From the NCBI GenBank assembly GCA_000320545.1, contig ADNK01000640.1:1-64000 (forward strand): DNA of 64,000 bases, in the 5' to 3' direction. This DNA is from Bigelowiella natans CCMP2755. Its lineage: Eukaryota; Protista; Cercozoa. The position numbers and the translations under genes are program-made. The notes under the pieces are model-generated. The model ran no database searches, was not told where the DNA came from, and saw only the letters and a list, made by a program, of their open reading frames with translations. Positions 27,949 through 39,017 of the stretch are shown in pieces. Position 1 is the first letter of the stretch, and the number at the start of each line of letters is the position of its first letter.

Positions 27949-28506
27949 GTGCACAAACCTCAACCATGGGAACAAGATTGTGTGCTGGATGTGGACCAGG
28001 ATCATTGCAAAAATTTGGCCCGACCAATTGAAAAAAAAAATTCCAAATCACTTGGTGAACTGAGTGCAAGACAATGCAATTGCCTCCTTGGTGAAACTCA
28101 TCCTGCTGCACTTCATTCCGATCAAAACATTGAGGGATGGGCTGTGATGAGATCAGCCATCGCAAACAAATGCAAAGTGACACAAGATCACGTTGACGAA
28201 TTTTGCAAAGGTGATGGAGTCTCAAAACAAGTGAAATCCAATGCAGAAGAAACCGACATGAAGAAACATGGTGGAAATTTCACTTCGAAAGAATGGGCTG
28301 AACAATCAAAAGTGATGCAAACCCTGACTGACAGAAAATTGGCAAACGATGTAGCAAAACAAGATGAAATCCTTCAAGAAAGAGCAGACATTGCACTAGC
28401 AAGAGAACTTCAACGGAGAGAAGGGAAAATTGAAGAGGAACATGAAGAAAATGATGAAAAAAATCACAGGAACGAAGAATTTCAAAAGACAAATTTTCTC
28501 TGCTAA
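27949..28506 (+). pseudogene. hypermutated hypothetical ORF
   Basis: 185-aa ORF, charged coiled-coil-like C-terminus, no Tyr. Confidence 0.45.
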
Positions 28507-28800
28507 ACATTTTCATTTCATTTTGTCCCGTGACAAAAGATGGCCCACAGTGTTCCGTTTGCTCAGGCTTGAAGATGCAACAATGGGCACCATGTTTCTG
28601 CGCTTCATGTGCATTGTCAGAAAACCAGAAAATGGAAAAGCAATGAAGATGAACACGATTGAAAAGCCAAATGCAATGGAGGAAGCCATCATGGGCAGAC
28701 ATGAAATGCAGCGCTTCAATGCATCTTTCGATTCACATTTTGACAAGGTCGACAACTGCGAAAAAAAAGAAAGACATTTGTCAGTCTGATTTGTTTTTGT

Positions 28801-29697
28801 TTGGGAGCAGCTAGAGCACGGCATCAATTTGGAGGAAGTGCACACACAACATCAATGGAGTTTCAAAACCAGGCGATGGAAGACACCCGGCCTGGCCACG
28901 TGAAAGTGGGCAACGACGCCATCACAATCGTGGCGCATGCGTGTGCATGCGAAACATGCGCAGTGCATGTTGGGAAAGCAAAATTTGACAGCATGCTCTC
29001 AAATTTGTCACTGCACCATCTTCAAATCATGGGGGCCCACTGCAACATGTTGGCAGGCCACTTGACACAAGGAACCCTTGTCAAGGCGCTCATGACCTCC
29101 ACATGCTTTCACAGTCAGTTTGACACAAGCATGGCTGTGGCCAACCACAAACACTTGGACACAAAAATGAACAACGAAACGGACGTTGATTCGCAAGTCA
29201 AGAAGATGACAGAAGAGATGTCAACGAACGATGGCTCTGGCAGTTCCAGTGTGTCAAATGTTCTGACAAATGCAAACACACAGGAAAGCAAGTCGGACAA
29301 CGTTGAACCATTTGGCGCATTTAGCGAGCTAAACCCGTTCACACTGGAGAGCATTTGCGGTCCTAGGTCGATGGCAGCAATGCGCATGATTTCACAGAAA
29401 GTTCCAGGCGTGCACACCGCAGAAATGCTCAAAGAAGAACCAGATCTGCTGGACACATTTGACATTGAACTAGACCCTGTCATCGAGACAGAGCTTCGTG
29501 AAAATGGAGCCCTGAATTTCTCCGAAACCAATGAAAACCACCATGGCGCAAGCAAACTTCCGGCCGCAAAAAAGGTGTTTTCTGATCTCCATCGGAATTT
29601 GAAGCGCATGACGACCGGGACCCACTTTTCCAGTGCACGCGAAACCACTAGGCTCAAGTGCACACAGAATCACCTAGCCAGTGCAGAAGCCAAGTGA
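28801..29697 (+). pseudogene. hypermutated hypothetical ORF
   Basis: 298-aa ORF, no Tyr, His/Met-rich. Confidence 0.45.
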
Positions 29698-30872
29698 CTT
29701 TGCGTGTTCTTTGAACTGTTTTTTCTTTGAAAAAAGAAATCTTTTGCAAAACCAAAAGCACCAGAGATCAACGCATTCCTGTTGGCATCAGGCACTGGCG
29801 CCATGATCTGTTTTTGTTGATGGATGTGTCTTTTGCGTTTTTTGCTGCCCCCGCTCATTGTTGACAGTTTGTTTCTTCCAATTTTTTGATTCTTGTTCAT
29901 GTTTTTCATGGCCTTTTTTGCTTGGTCCTGTGTCTGTTTGAATTCATCAGCAAACACATCAGAGACCCGCGACCATTCCTCATCTACATCTTTGGTCAGA
30001 TTTTTTGCAGATTTGAAGTTCTTTGCGGTGCGAGATGACTCTTTTGTTTTCTCCAACATTTCCCCCAACAGGACCTGCGCTTTTTTCAGCTCGGCTGTTT
30101 CCCCATTTCTGTCGGCATCCTTCTCGCCATCGACCTCCTGGATGGGTTTCTTGCCACAAACAGCTTCGAGGTCTGCCAGGACGTCGCTGAAAAGTGCAAG
30201 CGCATGGAACATCGTCGTGCGTTTTGGCAGAAAGCTTTCGGAGGCAACAAGTCCCTTCAAGGTTTCCTTTGTCCGCCTGGCGATGTGGTGGGCGTCTTGT
30301 TCGCATTTGTTCTCGGTCAAGACGTTCGACATGCTCTCTGGGAGATTGTTGCCCATGAATTTGATGGCGTTCTGCACCACAAGTTCGACCCCTGCATTGT
30401 CAAGCTTTTTGCGCACATCTCTTGCCTTTTTTTTCATCACAATGGTCAGCATGGTTGAAGCGTCCATGTGATCATCGCAGCCAACTAGCATGACGTTTTG
30501 CGCCTTTTGTGCCATGGAAGCCACCTCACTGAGACAGCTAGCGTCTTCATCATTCGTGACCTTCTCTGCTGTGTCATGCTCTCCTAGTCCCAGACCTTTC
30601 AACTCAATGCTCACATTGCAAACTTCGTCCAGCTCTTTGGCCATGAGAGTTGTTTTGAAGATGAATTCATTGAGCTTTTCGATGGAATCGTCGCTGGTGA
30701 GGCTGTTCTTCCACTCTGCATGACCCACACTCTTTGAAAACTCACACTTTGTGCATGGTTGGGTGATGTTGCGTGAGAATGTTTCGAGCAGAGGGTTGTC
30801 ACTCAGTCCCGAGCCCGACACGCGAAATTGGAAGGATGAGGTGGTTTTCAGTTTGCGCTCAAGCTCTTCCAT
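29670..30872 (-). pseudogene. hypermutated helical/coiled-coil hypothetical ORF (may continue 30848-31417)
   Basis: 400-aa K/E-rich ORF with zero Tyr and a basic KKRKR motif. Confidence 0.5.
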
Positions 30873-32838
30873 CGTTTTCGCATGTGAGTGTTGTCAATGC
30901 AGGATGAATGGTTTGGCAATCTGCAACCTTCAAAATCGAGGTCAAACGTGAGCTTGTGCAGTCTTTTGTCAGCCATGTCGACTGCCGAATCCGATTCCTT
31001 CATCTCTTTCTTTGAAAAGGTGGAATTCACCATGAAGGGAGAGGCCAGATGCGAAAATGAAGAGAAGTAAGTGGCGCTTTCAAAGAGTTGGAACTTGCAC
31101 AAGTTTTTGTTGTCAAGGTTGGCCTTCCCAGAGTGCCGCAGTCTTGGGTCAGGGACTCCCATGGTGTTCATGTTGAAGATGTTTTCATGTTCACGTGCGC
31201 AGCTGTTGTGGGATTCATCACACAGCATTGGAGTTTCCAAGTTGGATCCCAGCAACACCATGTTGCCAATTGAATTGCACGTTTCTGCATGTGAATCATT
31301 GCGCAATGTCCCAATTGCGTGCAGGTTGCTTCGAATGTGTTGGTCTTTGCAAAGATTGAGGTCGGGATGAAAGAGCATCATTGGGAGCTTTGCTTTTGAG
31401 GTGTCTCTCCCGAACATTTGATTGCCTTGTGCTCACATGTTCATTCAATTTCCGAATCTTCATGGGATTCTCTCTCCAGGCATCAACGTGATCCAGGGTG
31501 CCTTCGTTCATGAATTCTGCAAGCTTCACCTTGCCGTCTTCGCACCCAAACGATGAAAGCACTTTGTCAAACATTGTCTCAACACTGTGCTCATGCTCGT
31601 CGACTTTCTCGTCTTCTCCAGGCCTGCTTTCCGTCTTTTGTTCTTCTTTTTGGTCACCTGTTTGGCATTGCAAGTGAAAAACAGGACGCAACAACTTGCA
31701 ACTGCGTCCACATTTGCCATTGACTGCAGGGGGTCTCCGTGGCACAGGTCTCACAGCCGAATTCGGTGGGATGTTGTGAAACTGTTGCAGCAGCTCACAC
31801 TCACAATCCACAATTTCTTGATCAATGTCGTCATTCATCTTTCGCAATTGACAGCAGAAGAGAAGGAGGGGGGTGGGATGTAGCAAAAGAAGTGGATGGA
31901 GAGGCTTTTCAGTTCACTCCTGACAATCTTGTTTCGGAATTCTGCAATTTGTGGCATTTGCAGGCACAAAGTCATTGACGCAGGCCCCATTTCCTTGAGT
32001 TCATTTCTGAACATGACAGCAAAAATGAAAAACACATGCTCTTAGCAATGATCAAGCGCAAAATGAAAAAAACAATGCCAGGACATTTGGCGGACAAATG
32101 ATTTTCCAAATGTGAAGAAAACATGCAAAAACATCATCCATTTGAAACAAGCACCTGCAAATTGCAGTGAGAATTTTCCATCCTCTGGACTCCAAGTGCA
32201 CACACAGTGGCTTCAATTGTGTGCTGAAGTTGCACTCTGTTTTCCATTTTTGGCCCAGAAAGCCTGCATTTTCAAGATGATGCAAACGTCACTGGCAAAT
32301 TGCAGGTAGCTCGGCCACAGCATTGTTCAGTTGCTCACAGCAACAAAGCCAATTTGCATGAAATTGTGCTCCAGAAACGCTTTCCCGCAAGTGGAGATTT
32401 TTGCACAAAATTGGACAGGTTTGGGTCTGCAAATGCAAAAATGGACTGGGATTTGCAATCAAATGTGCATGTGTTTTTTTTTTCCGGAGAGCATGCTCAC
32501 CCAAAGCTCGAATCCCAAATTCCATGCGATCAGAGGAGCAGGCTTTCTGGTAGCAGCCTGCAGCCCAAAGCTTCAATTTGACTTTCTGAATCCCGATTTC
32601 CATCTGAGCAGGTGTGTTGTGAGACGTGGCAGCCAAGTGCTTGGAAAGGAGAATGTGAATCCACGCCCAGCCCAGAAGAGAAGAACGAGTGCGATTGCCA
32701 ACATTTCGAGAGAGAAGATGGAAGAACTGCAAAGAATGATGCTCCAGAAACAAGAAGAAAGCGACGAGGAGAGTAGCGAGGACATCGTGGGTGAGAACTC
32801 GCATTTTTTGCAAACATCTGACATCAAACTAAAATGAA

Positions 32839-35800
32839 GTGGTGTTTGTGTCATTTTGCACTGTGGCAGAGGTGATGGAAGGGCAGGACGAAAAGGCATG
32901 TGACAAGATGTTGAACCCATTTGTCGACACCATCCAGATGAAGAGAAATGGGATGATCACGACTTTTGGAATCGACAGCAAGCACAGCGATCAGACAGAG
33001 GACGAGGAAAAATTTGACGCAACCAACAGAAGCCTGAGTGACGTCGCGAGGGATGGCAATTTGGGGGATGTTGTTGAGCATGTGCAAACGAACATGTGGA
33101 GGCTGCAACGCGAAGAGGCTCTCAATCACACAGAAAGGAAAGACATCGTGGAGACAGCCGTGCGGTGCTTGCAGTTTTCACATGCACACATGACGCTTGG
33201 CCAGAAAGGCGCAAATCAGAAATGCGGCAGCTTGAACACCACGACCATCGTGGAAGAGCTTTTGCAAACTGACATTGTCGGCTTCGACATGGAGTTCCTG
33301 GCAGGGAATTTCCAGGAGCTCATGGTCTATTTGGTGCAAACATTGTGCTTCCACGACCCGGAAAATGCCCCAAAATGCAGAAACCTTGTGATGTTTTTGA
33401 TCGATGAGGTCGGGCAGAGCTTCGACTTTGCCTGCGCAGTGGAAGAGTTCGAGAATCGCAGAAACAACCATGTAGCCTTCGAAGATTTCTTCAGTGGAGT
33501 TCCTCTAGACAATCAGATGCCCACAGACATTGAAGCCACACGGGTTTGCTGGTCCAACGACAAAGACTACGAGAAGGTGTTTCCAGTGAAGTCCAGAGCC
33601 ATGGATGCTGTCATGCATCAACTTGCGCTTCGGAAGTTCAAAACTGACGGACAAGCAACATGCAGACAAGCAGAGGGAATTCACAAGCCGTGTTGCACGA
33701 AAATGAGCCCATCAGTGGGGAATGAAACGTGCTTGGAGAAACGGGGAAGTAGCGAAAAGTCGCACCTCCCCATCAAACAGTGCGTCCACAATTGCCCCAT
33801 CCCAAACCTGGCTTGCCAATCGGTTCTGAACGTCAAGCAACAAGTTGAGGCAATCGAGCAGTGCACAAGGAGAGACACACGACTCTCGACGAACACATTT
33901 CTTTGTGACTTTGAAGCGAAGGATGCTGATGGGAGAATGACTTCCTACCTCTGCGACGCGCATGGACACGGACTCTGCAAGGGCAGAGAGCAGTCTTGGT
34001 CCTCCGTTGCAAACACTGGTGAGGGAACAGAGCTAAGCGCAAGCGAGTTCGAGGCACAGCGTTTCACAAAGTCGCACCACCACAGCGATTTCCTTGATCC
34101 TCATGGGTGTTGGTTCCATCAGAATGGCAACGGCAATTTTCTGCATTTCATGCTGCGATTCCAGGACACCACAAGCAAAGGCACGGAGTTCGAGAGAAAG
34201 TGCTTTCCATGGAGTCTCGATGAAAATCAGGTGAAATTTCAAAAGAAGCGATGCCAAAAATGGCTGGATCTTGGGTTCAAGGCTAGCAAGAAGCGTCAGA
34301 GCACTGGCAAAATGCTCAACTACAACCCCTTCTTGGTGGAGCTCCATGAGTTTTGTGGGCTAGCAATGCAGATCTCATGCAAGCCCAGAGACATGACCAA
34401 GCGAGAGGTGCACACAGCTCACATGGGAGAAGCCGGGTCGGGTGAAACTGCGGTGACGGAACTCCTAGCTCTGATGGGAGGGCCCGACTCTGTGGTGAAG
34501 ATTGAATGCGATGACACCGAAAGCACCCTGTCATTTGACGAGCAGGAGTTGCGCAAAGACACGGTGAGAGCAATCGTGTTCGATGAAGCCCACAAGGCCG
34601 GAGATGAAGTCAGGCAGATGATTCACAAGTTCATTGGCAACGGCGTGGCTTCTTTGAATGCCAAATTTCAGCAGCTTGTGTGCAAAAACATGGGAGGATT
34701 CCGCGTGATTGTGACAATGAACGGGCCAATGAGCGAGGACATGATGTCGAACATCGCCTCTGCTGACCGTCGCATTCTCCCTCGCGCATTTGCAAGAGGA
34801 GCAGTCAAACACGATGATGTGGTTGCCGCGCAAACTTCACGTCATTTCCACCAGAGCGAAAGGTCTGCTTTGAGCAAGCCTGGGTGGCAGTCAAACCACA
34901 TGATCCACACTCTTCGCTCACCAAACAATTCCCATTTGTCGTGCACCATGGCTTTCTTTGGGGCAGACGTAGTGAAAAATCTGAAGTCGCAACTGGATGA
35001 CATTGCGCGCCAGCAGTGGCTTCTCGGTCGGACGGTGATGAAAGAGTTCATCGACGAAGGCTACCTGCAGATCTGCCCGCATTGCATCATGCCTTGCACG
35101 AACCTGAAGACCGCCTACGAGCTCTTCATGCAAAGCAGGTGCAGGGTTGGGATGAAGAAGCAGTTTCGGAAACTGAACGAAGAAAACTTTCTGCTCATCC
35201 AGAAGCTCACTGGATGTGGGATGTTCAAATGCCACCCTGATGCCAAGATGCCAGAACACACGCACTTGAAGGGTTCCAACAAATTGGCACTGGTCAGCGG
35301 AATCAACATGCCTGCTCCTGACTCTTCAGCCTGTCGATCTCTACATGCTGTGTGCGGCGAAAAAAACCGCAATGTGAACCCCATCCGAATGAATGCTGAA
35401 GATGTTCACGATGCCCATGTGGTGGGACTTCGAGTGTCGGAGAAAGGTCTCCTTTCCTTCAAGAACAAAGAGTTCAAGAACGCGGAAAGCACTTGCTGCA
35501 GCACCACAGATCTTGCGCATTTCGCCAAATTTTGCGCGGTTGTCGATGGCTGTGTTTCCATTGTGGACGACGAGGATTTTTGCTGCGGAAAACGATGTGA
35601 TTTTGATGAAGAAAGAGCATCCAACCCGTCAATGCAGACTGATCATGTGATGAATGTGGAAGAGACAAGGAACGTGAGGGTCATCATTGGCATTGCAAAT
35701 GCAAGTACCATGTGGGCAGAAAATGCAAAGGGAGAGCAGAAACTGTGGGAGCAGGTAAAAAAGCTCCCCAAAAAGTTCCGGATGCGTGAGTTCTGTGGGC

Positions 35801-36339
35801 ATCCTCTGAAATTTTCACAGGAAGGCACCGTGCTTGACCGCCCATTGCAAACAGAGACGGTTGTTGTCTCTGAAACTCAAATGTGGGATCGTTTTGTTCA
35901 CACTGGCATCCCTAGAAAAGAGCTTGCAAACCAAACTTGGCAAGAGGTCGTCGCTCGCCAAATTTTGGACAAATGTGCAGTTTTTTGTTCCACAGAAGAT
36001 CACCATGGCAACAAGATGATCAGCACACGCTTTGTTTTTCATGACACTGACGACAAGAGTGAAAGGAAAGAAAGCGCACGCCAGAAATTTTTTGAAGGGC
36101 CAGTCCAAGCGCAGCTACACCAACTTTCATGTGTCCTTTGTGCACAGTGGTGGCATCGCTTCAAACACCAGAAAGGCCACAATGACGAGGAACGTGCCAC
36201 ATTGAGGAAATTTTGTGCACACGAAAGCACAAGGTTCAAGTTCTCAGACACGTGTTTGCGGAAAACCAATCATTCCATGACGCAAAGTGTGTTGCATGCA
36301 GTCATGTTGACACATTTTCATTGCAACCATGCTTGCTAG
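32839..36339 (+). pseudogene. D5-like superfamily-3 helicase (primase-helicase type), inactivated by hypermutation
   Basis: Walker A GEAGSG[E]T (34426-34449), Walker B RAIVFDE, LNAKFQ, motif C RVIVTMN, arginine finger ADRR; 1166-aa open frame with only 6 Tyr. Confidence 0.8.
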
Positions 36340-36420
36340 TGCGCGATTTTGCATGCCATGAGATGTCGAAAAGTGCAACCAATGATGATCATGATGCTTC
36401 TTGCACTTGTCATCGTGACT

Positions 36421-36520
36421 GGAACAATGAACAATGACAACAAACCACATTTCCAAAATGCAACAAGACACTTGCAGTGCACGAAACGCAGTGCCTCGAG
36501 CTAAATCTAGCGAGGTCTAA
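36421..36520 (+). repeat. dispersed ~100-bp repeat, copy 1 (others at 53372-53470 and 53831-53930)
   Basis: Shared CATTTCCAA...TTGCAGTG..CGAAA....GTGCCTCGA....GAGG core. Confidence 0.75.
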
Positions 36521-36627
36521 TTTTGGGCATGACGCCATGACAATGATGCTGCAACATTGACTAGCAACGTGTGTGCATGCACATGTGTGCATGCATGTTG
36601 AGCCTAGCTGTTTTGCTACATTGTGCA

Positions 36628-37214
36628 TCACTTTTGGTTGTCGCATGGCAAACATGTAATCGATTTCACAGTTGTGAACTTTGGCACTTTTTTGAAAAAG
36701 TGACTTTCAAAAACCTGAATCTGCTCGACCATTTTGCAACTTTGAGTCATTTTTGTGTCATTGCCACTAGCAAAGGTGCAAAATGACGGCTGCATTGTCG
36801 TCTTTTTTTTTTTTTTGAACTCTTTTCAAAAGGCAGAAATTTGCTAGTTCACTGTTCACCATTCACAACTGTTACCATGACTAGCACGTGTGACAAACGT
36901 GGCACATTTGCTAGCAAAAATGACAAAAAGTGACACATGTTCAAATTTTTACTAGTGCATCATTCACAAGTGGAGTTGTGAATGGTGAATGGTGAACTAG
37001 CAAATTTCTGCCTTTCAAAAAGAGTTCAAAAAAAAAAAAAACAACAATGTAGCCGTCATTTTGCACCTTCACTAGCAGCAATGACACAAAAATGACTCAA
37101 AGTTGCAAAATGGTCGAGCAGATTCCAGGTTTTGAAAGTCACTTTTTCAAAAAAGTGCCAAAGTTCACAACTGTGAAATCGATTACATGTTTGCCATGCG
37201 ACAACCAAAAGTGA
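36628..37214. repeat. long inverted repeat (~243-bp arms, ~103-bp spacer)
   Basis: 36628-36870 is the reverse complement of 36974-37214, apart from CA/TG swaps and small differences. Confidence 0.9.
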
Positions 37215-37393
37215 CACATGATTGCACTCAAACAGTTAGGCTCAAAGGCAATGCCCAGAGAAGGAGTTGTTTTTGTGTCATCACTACTAGTCAAAACAAA
37301 TTGCAATCTGTGAGACGGATGTGATGAATTGATTGAATCTTTTCAATGGTCATCCTGATGTAGCTTTGCAAAGCAGCGGCTACAGCGCTCATG

Positions 37394-37804
37394 TCATGTC
37401 CATTTGTCCATTCTGTCACATGTTGCCGCGAATGTGGATTGCAATCTGTCCTTGACCAATTCCCTGATTTTAGCATTTTCTACAAACAACAACTTGCTGA
37501 CATGCACTTGCTTTGTTGCGAAGCGAGCCTTGGACACCTGTACTAGAACGTTTGCCCGAGCAAAACTAGAGTTTCCAATGTGTATGCCTTTGATTTCTTC
37601 GTCATAGACATCGGAGAAGTCAACATGTCTTGTGATGATTACCTCTGAATGCAGCAATTTATCATCATTTTGGGCGTGTTTCAATTTTTCTTTTAGTTGC
37701 TTGTTTTCGTTTTGAAGATTTTGCACAAGGACATCTTTGAGTACCTTGCATGTAGAGGTAAATAGGGGCGCTGCGTTTTTTATTGTTTTATTTGCTAAGC
37801 TCAT
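37394..37804 (-). CDS. hypothetical protein, partially mutated
   Basis: 136-aa ORF with a coiled-coil N-terminus, in the transition zone between mutated and unmutated DNA. Confidence 0.45.
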   Translation of the reverse strand: MSLANKTIKNAAPLFTSTCKVLKDVLVQNLQNENKQLKEKLKHAQNDDKLLHSEVIITRHVDFSDVYDEEIKGIHIGNSSFARANVLVQVSKARFATKQVHVSKLLFVENAKIRELVKDRLQSTFAATCDRMDKWT

Positions 37805-37907
37805 ACTTTTATGTTAAATTTACACATTGATGAATTGCAAGTACTGCATAACATATTAAATTTTATATTTTATTATGGAAACTTATGAATAGCGCATCAA
37901 GTATATG

Positions 37908-39017
37908 TCATGGTTTGAGAATAATTTCTGAAAAAGCTTTTACGGGTTTTGTAATACTGATGTAAACTTTATCATCCCGAATTTTGATTTTCGCGTTGTA
38001 ATCTTCTTGGTGTTTCTGGGCAAACACTGCCATGTTATCTTTTCCAGTATCTTTTCTTGTTGTGTGGAGATATGCAATTCGACGTTTGCAATTTTTGAGT
38101 TTGAAGTAAGATTCAGATGAAGAAATGCGGGAATTTGATGGCAACTTATTTATTACTTTCCCCTTATATTCGATTGTATACCCAACTTTAAGATTTCTTT
38201 TTGTAAACAGTCCGTAACCAGCGTCTTTTATGTGTGAGATTTTGCGATACAAGTGATTAACATCGTTTTTGTATTTTTTGTGATCGAGAAGATGAATACT
38301 GGAATTGAAATCTATAATCGACTTGACGCCTATGTAGGCATGAAGACACAGTGACAGTTCGTTACTTTTATTAGAACCTCCAGAGTGGAAGAATAAAGGG
38401 TGCATGAAGTAAACTTTCCCAAGTTCTAATTCCAGATTGACGATCTTATCGATTGGGCAATCTTTTCGATTTATCTTATGTGAACCCGGAATGACCCTGA
38501 TAGTCCTGGCAGTTAAAGGTATTATCACACTACAAAGAACGAGCGTCTTATTGACACTCAAGTAATTTTCATACCCAAGTTCCTTTGCATTTTCCCTGTC
38601 GAAGTCAGTGTGTATTAACTGTTCTTTGCAATTTTTTTCAGTGACAATGATGCTAAGATGCTGGGCCTTGATTGGGTTTGAACAAGAAAGACCAACCTTA
38701 TATCCGTTGAAATGAGCTGTAGCAGCAACTTTTTTGACCATTTCCATGATTTCTTTTGCAGAATTGATACATGTTTCCTTTTCTGATTTTGTAAAGCCTG
38801 GCACCTTTTCTAGGTGTGATAGATAGAATATCAATCGTCTTCCTTTGTAATCTGTTGTTAGGCTGTCTTCTACATCATTCAAAACCGTATTGAATATAAG
38901 GTCACGGTCGTCACTTTTATGCAACTTTTTCGTAAAGTCTTCAATATTCTTTAGATGAAGTTTAGCCGATTCCGGTAAACTTCTATAGGCAATTCCGTTA
39001 AGTTTCATGTTTTTCAT
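37908..39017 (-). CDS. 2OG-Fe(II) dioxygenase (PhyH-like) fused to a divergent SET domain
   Basis: HTD...IRVIPGSHK...LELGKVYFMHPLFFHSGGSNKS (HxD...H triad); then SHIKDAGYGLFTKRNLKVGYTIEYKG...YNAKI...TKPVKAFSEII. Intronless, AT-rich, normal Tyr content. Confidence 0.7.
   Translation of the reverse strand: MKNMKLNGIAYRSLPESAKLHLKNIEDFTKKLHKSDDRDLIFNTVLNDVEDSLTTDYKGRRLIFYLSHLEKVPGFTKSEKETCINSAKEIMEMVKKVAATAHFNGYKVGLSCSNPIKAQHLSIIVTEKNCKEQLIHTDFDRENAKELGYENYLSVNKTLVLCSVIIPLTARTIRVIPGSHKINRKDCPIDKIVNLELELGKVYFMHPLFFHSGGSNKSNELSLCLHAYIGVKSIIDFNSSIHLLDHKKYKNDVNHLYRKISHIKDAGYGLFTKRNLKVGYTIEYKGKVINKLPSNSRISSSESYFKLKNCKRRIAYLHTTRKDTGKDNMAVFAQKHQEDYNAKIKIRDDKVYISITKPVKAFSEIILKP

Noticed and set aside
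27275-36339. Alternative genetic code or genuinely Cys/His-rich metalloproteins
   Set aside because: Non-coding repeats show the same change, and neighbouring genes use Tyr normally.
26482-37300. CpG methylation decay as the source of the TG/CA excess
   Set aside because: CG is plentiful here, and paired copies show TA, not CG, as the alternative state.
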